Below are positions 62,054 through 64,000 of a DNA stretch of 64,000 bases, in pieces. The position numbers and the translations under genes are program-made. This DNA is from Octopus sinensis. Its lineage: Eukaryota. The DNA is taken from NCBI RefSeq assembly GCF_006345805.1, contig NC_042999.1, positions 24,614,001-24,678,000 on the forward strand. The letters run 5' to 3'. The first letter of the stretch is position 1. Each line of letters begins with the position of its first letter. A model generated the notes under the pieces. That model was not told the origin of the DNA, made no database searches, and saw only the letters and a program-made list of their open reading frames with translations.

Positions 62054-62908
62054 GAAAAACTTATGAGTTGGAGACAGGAAGCTTTGTAAAAGACAGGAAC
62101 ATAAAAAGCTTTGTAAAAGACAGGAACATAAAAAGCACCATCCGATCGTGGCCGTTTTCAGCTTCGCCTGGCCTCCGTGCCCGTGGCACGTAAAAAGCAC
62201 CATCCGATCGTGGCCGTTTGCCAGCCTCGTCTGGTCTCCGTACCAATGGCACATAAAAAGCACCATCCGATCGTGGCCGTTTGCCAGCCTTGTCTGCTCT
62301 CCGTGCCAATGGCACATAAAAAGCACCATCCGATTGTGGCCGTTGCCAGCCTCGCCTGGCCTCCGTGCCCGTGGAACGTAAAAAGCACCATCCGATTGTG
62401 GCCGTTTGCCAGCCTCGTCTGGTCTCTGTACCAATGGCACATAAAAAGCACCATCCGATTGTGGCCGTTGCCAGCCTCGCCTGGCCTCCGTGCCCGTGGC
62501 ACGTAAAAAGCACCATTCAATCATGGCCGTTTGCCAGCCTCGTCTGGCACCTGTGCCGGTGGCACGTAAAAAGCACCAAATTACATTCACGGAGTGGTTG
62601 GTGTTAGGAAGGGCATCCAGCTGTAGAAACACTGCCAGATCAGATTGGAGCCTGGTGCAGCCTTCTGGCTTCCCAGACCCCAGTTGAACCATCCAACCCA
62701 TACTAGCATGGAAAGCGGACGTTAAACAATGATGATGATGATGAGAGAAAACAAAATCAACGACAAATTTAAAAAATAAAGTAAACATACCTTCACCAAT
62801 TAATGTTGATTTTGTATAAAGTGCAGTTAATTGTCGCATGAAAACTGAACTTTTATTGTCACTAGCAGCTTTGAGTGCAGCAGTTTCAGTTTGTTTAACA
62901 ACACCAAC
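26121..62908 (-). CDS. MSH3: DNA mismatch repair protein MSH3 (MutS-beta subunit), spliced; 5' exons lie beyond the right edge
   Basis: 18 exons join in one uninterrupted frame with GT-AG borders. Motifs include [40 protein letters not shown], Walker [46 protein letters not shown] and [22 protein letters not shown]. Confidence 0.97.
26256..26652 (+). mobile_element. Helitron H1
   Basis: A|TC...CTAG|T; internal short duplication. Confidence 0.88.
27861..28260 (-). mobile_element. SINE family B
   Basis: full-length reverse copy. Confidence 0.88.
29328..29493 (-). CDS. MSH3: MSH3 exon, helix-turn-helix dimerisation region (exon 23 equivalent)
   Basis: ttggtag|AATATG...ATAG|gtatgt; 166 nt; [54 protein letters not shown]. 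Confidence 0.96.
29571..29981 (+). mobile_element. hAT-type MITE M1
   Basis: perfect 8-bp TSD aatatttt; 78 nt from the MSH3 acceptor at 29493. Confidence 0.92.
30464..30590 (-). CDS. MSH3: MSH3 exon (exon 22 equivalent)
   Basis: tgttag|GTAAAG...GAAG|gtcagt; 127 nt; [42 protein letters not shown]. Confidence 0.96.
30660..31108 (+). mobile_element. SINE family B, full length
   Basis: tRNA-like head GGAGTGGCTGTGTGG...GGGTTCAGTCCC, internal (TA)n, GAGTAAAA tail. Confidence 0.92.
31343..32340 (+). pseudogene. Degenerate RTE LINE ORF2 (RT C-terminal half)
   Basis: [11 protein letters not shown] at 31343; [30 protein letters not shown]; stops and frameshifts. Confidence 0.9.
32417..32603 (-). CDS. 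MSH3: MSH3 exon with Walker B (exon 21 equivalent)
   Basis: tattag|GATGGG...AGAC|gtaaga; 187 nt; [62 protein letters not shown]. Confidence 0.98.
33244..33725 (-). mobile_element. CR1-type LINE 3' fragment with (TTA)n tail (33183-33243)
   Basis: [20 protein letters not shown]...TRGHAYKV...[19 protein letters not shown]. Confidence 0.85.
34240..34572 (+). mobile_element. Family D element
   Basis: core and (GAT)n tail. Confidence 0.85.
34637..34794 (-). CDS. MSH3: MSH3 exon with Walker A (exon 20 equivalent)
   Basis: gttcag|GCTGCA...CACG|gtaagt; 158 nt; [52 protein letters not shown]. Confidence 0.98.
35501..35615 (-). CDS. MSH3: MSH3 exon (exon 19 equivalent)
   Basis: ttttag|GCCCCA...GAAT|gtacga; 115 nt; [38 protein letters not shown]. 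Confidence 0.93.
36280..36590 (+). mobile_element. Family D element
   Basis: core and (GAT)n tail. Confidence 0.85.
37333..37440 (-). CDS. MSH3: MSH3 exon (exon 18 equivalent)
   Basis: aattag|TTCCTT...TGAG|gtaagt; 108 nt; [35 protein letters not shown]. Confidence 0.96.
38586..38702 (-). CDS. MSH3: MSH3 exon (exon 17 equivalent)
   Basis: gttccag|TACCAA...TCAA|gtaagt; 117 nt; [38 protein letters not shown]. Confidence 0.96.
38808..39225 (-). mobile_element. Family D element
   Basis: (CAT)n then core; inverted relative to 36280. Confidence 0.85.
39427..40415. mobile_element. Head-to-head pair of SINE family B copies (39427-39788 minus; 39889-40415 plus)
   Basis: both match the family B consensus; the plus copy has an internal insertion/duplication. 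Confidence 0.8.
41000..41064 (-). CDS. MSH3: MSH3 exon (exon 16 equivalent)
   Basis: ttttag|TTCCAA...GCAG|gtaggc; 65 nt; [21 protein letters not shown]. Confidence 0.93.
41720..42000. mobile_element. Solo LTR (281 bp)
   Basis: TGTGG...CCACA inverted termini; perfect 5-bp TSD attac (41715-41719, 42001-42005); GC- and CpG-rich interior. Confidence 0.8.
42100..42487 (-). mobile_element. SINE family A
   Basis: reverse copy; TSD ggagtaagtgt. Confidence 0.9.
42826..42994 (-). CDS. MSH3: MSH3 exon (exon 15 equivalent)
   Basis: tttcag|GTCTAA...TGAG|gttagt; 169 nt; [56 protein letters not shown]. Confidence 0.95.
43290..43660 (+). pseudogene. Degenerate mariner catalytic-domain fragment
   Basis: GESLPK...FLHNNAKLH resembles mariner GExxP...LLHDNARPH. 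Confidence 0.6.
43665..44465 (-). mobile_element. Two tandem family D elements (43665-43990, 44155-44465)
   Basis: (CAT)n plus core in each. Confidence 0.85.
44559..44746 (-). CDS. MSH3: MSH3 exon (exon 14 equivalent)
   Basis: ttccag|TGCTCA...CCAA|gtaagt; 188 nt; [62 protein letters not shown]. Confidence 0.95.
46150..46282 (-). CDS. MSH3: MSH3 exon (exon 13 equivalent)
   Basis: ttctag|GGACAT...AAAG|gtaacc; 133 nt; [44 protein letters not shown]. Confidence 0.96.
46503..46697 (-). CDS. MSH3: MSH3 exon (human exons 11+12 equivalent)
   Basis: ttccag|TGGTTT...AAAG|gtaaat; 195 nt; [64 protein letters not shown]. Confidence 0.96.
46799..47140 (-). mobile_element. (TAA)n microsatellite followed by a family D element
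   Basis: directly visible. Confidence 0.85.
47442..47660. mobile_element. piggyBac-like MITE nested in a family D element
   Basis: TTAA|CCCTTTCGTTAC...GTAATGAAAGGG|TTAA. Confidence 0.85.
48818..48935 (-). CDS. MSH3: MSH3 exon (exon 10 equivalent)
   Basis: aaaag|GTGGAG...GTAG|gtgagt; 118 nt; [38 protein letters not shown]. Confidence 0.93.
50222..50638 (-). mobile_element. hAT-type MITE M1
   Basis: both TIRs; perfect 8-bp TSD aagagatg; internal (TTAGGG)n. Confidence 0.93.
50700..50950 (-). pseudogene. RT fragment (RTE-type)
   Basis: IPAEIVKAI...[13 protein letters not shown] motif. Confidence 0.65.
51172..51567 (+). mobile_element. Helitron H1
   Basis: near-identical to 8810-9206; ends 49 nt from the MSH3 donor at 51616. 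Confidence 0.9.
51616..51725 (-). CDS. MSH3: MSH3 exon (exon 9 equivalent)
   Basis: tttag|TTCTAC...ATTG|gtgagt; 110 nt; [36 protein letters not shown]. Confidence 0.92.
51835..52574. mobile_element. piggyBac-like MITE containing a Tigger/pogo-like MITE (51879-52400)
   Basis: TTAA|CCCTTTAGCATT...AATGCTAAAGAG outer ends; inner TA|CCGTAAATC...GATTTACGG. Confidence 0.7.
52743..53030 (-). mobile_element. Family D element
   Basis: (CAT)n plus core. Confidence 0.85.
53279..53504 (+). mobile_element. SINE family C, full length
   Basis: TSD tataaccaacgg. Confidence 0.9.
53726..53892 (-). CDS. MSH3: MSH3 exon (exon 8 equivalent)
   Basis: tttag|GCTGTT...CTAAG|gtattt; 167 nt; [55 protein letters not shown]. 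Confidence 0.95.
54598..54824 (-). mobile_element. SINE family C, full length
   Basis: close reverse complement of 53279-53504. Confidence 0.9.
55162..55535 (+). mobile_element. SINE family B
   Basis: full length with a small 3' deletion. Confidence 0.88.
56600..56901 (-). mobile_element. SINE family A2
   Basis: 14-bp TSD acaagttgtactct; reverse of the 19485 copy. Confidence 0.9.
58031..58164 (-). CDS. MSH3: MSH3 exon (exon 7 equivalent)
   Basis: tgtag|ATGTTG...GGTG|gtaagt; 134 nt; (D)[44 protein letters not shown]. Confidence 0.9.
58291..58476. mobile_element. hAT (Charlie-like) MITE
   Basis: CAGTGCTTTTCAAAC...GTTGAAAACAACTG; perfect 8-bp TSD atttaaac. Confidence 0.85.
58490..60460 (+). 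pseudogene. Degenerate R4/Dong-like non-LTR retrotransposon, interrupted by a family D element (59345-59780)
   Basis: WWKRRI...[11 protein letters not shown]...[16 protein letters not shown]; [15 protein letters not shown]; [15 protein letters not shown]...[30 protein letters not shown]. Confidence 0.85.
60897..61131 (-). mobile_element. CR1/Jockey-group LINE 3' end
   Basis: same family as 20301-20672. Confidence 0.8.
61553..61820 (-). mobile_element. Family D element
   Basis: (CAT)n plus core. Confidence 0.85.
62131..62745 (+). mobile_element. Family D element with an expanded 62/63-bp tandem array
   Basis: AAAAGCACC unit starts at 62131, 62193, 62256, 62319, 62381, 62444, 62506 and 62569; core and (GAT)n tail follow. 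Confidence 0.9.
62791..62908 (-). CDS. MSH3: MSH3 exon (human exon 6 equivalent)
   Basis: cttag|GTTGGT...GAAG|gtatgt; 118 nt; [39 protein letters not shown]. Confidence 0.97.
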
Positions 62909-64000
62909 CTAAGTATAAATAACAGAACAATATATACAGAAACAGTGGTACATCTTGATAAGTTTTATAATTTTTTTTCACAGACAAATCTTAAAGATTT
63001 GATGCTTACTTTTGATAATAGGAAAACAAATAGCAAATCATACAACATATCATGTTTTTATTTGCTTCATTTTTTAATCATATTTATATGGATACATTAA
63101 CAATCTAAGATCAAGTTGCTAAACCCTGTGCAAGATACACTACTCTACTTTATACAAATATGTTACTCTTTTACTTGTTTCGGTCATTTGGCTGTGGCCA
63201 TGCTGGAGCACCACCTTTAGAAAAAACTGTCTAGAAATCCAGTGGAGGTACTATAATGGTTCTTGGATGGTACATTCAATATGTTGCCTTGTTTAACACC
63301 ACCAGCAAGAGATTATTGCTTGCCTTTATACATTTGGTTGTAAATATTAGCAGAAGCCCTCTGGTCTGATGATAACTTGATAATAATAAAATATTTCAGC
63401 TACTACAGTGGTCACTGTTCCATATCTCATATCACTGCCATTCAAGACCAATAGTTTCTCTTCCTTTTGTTACTCTCTCAGCCCTGCAACAACCAATCTT
63501 TCCTCCCTGGAATATTGAACACCGACTGAATCAATCTTACTAGCATCAAAGTGCCTAAGAAGGCCATGAGTGGAAGTACTTTCTCTAGATGAAACCATTA
63601 AAAACAAATGCAGCAACTCAGAGGTTGTAGTTTTTCTTTCCCTTCATCTACATCAACACCAGTCTCAAAAACCTGACAAAGTTCAGGAAGGGAAAAAAAA
63701 AATCAACAGGAGGCTTAAACCAAGAAGGAATCCTTTATCTATTCATCCAGTATGCTAAAGATACCAACCAAATCACCCTTCTGTAACACCAGGCCATCAG
63801 AAAAAAAGGACACATTGGATATTGTAGTCCTAGATACTCTATGTCTAGATGATATGGTCAAGGTTGAAATGTCTTTGATCATAGGTTTAATTCATCAGGA
63901 CTGACAAGGCTAAACAACAACTACTATTGCTACTACTACTGAGTGTCAAGGACACGTTAATGTAGTCCCAAATACACTAAAACTTAAATACACAATGGTC

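Noticed and set aside
62131-62585. CRISPR-like periodic array
   Set aside because: The 'spacers' are themselves repeated variants, the array is part of a dispersed eukaryotic retroelement, and no cas genes are present.
62048-62839. Longest ORF in the track (263 aa, minus strand)
   Set aside because: Its start overlaps a true MSH3 exon, and it then reads through the donor into the antisense of a tandem-repeat retroelement; the repetitive peptide is an artefact.
62909-64000. Further upstream MSH3 exons or a DHFR head-to-head promoter
   Set aside because: No matching coding sequence was found in this stretch; they presumably lie outside the window.

Overview
AT-rich, repeat-dense eukaryotic genomic DNA. 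The SINE, RTE, (TA)n and MITE landscape looks like an octopus or other cephalopod genome; this is inferred from repeat style and not confirmed. Two spliced genes can be rebuilt by hand, both on the minus strand. (1) MSH3 (MutS homolog 3): 17 firm internal exons from 62908 to 29328 plus a probable terminal exon at 26208-26121; its 5' exons lie beyond the right edge. (2) A divergent VPS4/katanin-clade ('meiotic clade') AAA ATPase: probable ATG at 17235, a 13-nt microexon, and firm AAA exons at 3473-3321 and 1673-1520; it continues off the left edge. The introns carry at least five SINE-type families, RTE, CR1, R4-like and CRE-like LINE remnants, mariner fragments, hAT, piggyBac-like and Tigger-like MITEs (several with perfect TSDs), non-autonomous Helitrons, a solo LTR, and several long near-perfect palindromes embedded in (TA)n. 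The most striking observations: a spacer-less 186-bp palindrome whose arms each fold into a minimal type-I hammerhead-ribozyme-like structure (Penelope-like-element style, two core deviations); an MSH3 intron that I recall as AT-AC/U12 in mammals but which is GT-AG/U2-like here, with residual U12-like signals; a GRHP->GCNP change in the MSH3 ATPase domain; inverted young SINE pairs bracketing MSH3 exons; and MITEs carrying TTAGGG repeats. None of the ORF-track entries is a complete gene. No CRISPR, rRNA or intact tRNA gene is supported. Human exon numbers and sizes are quoted from memory and need verification.
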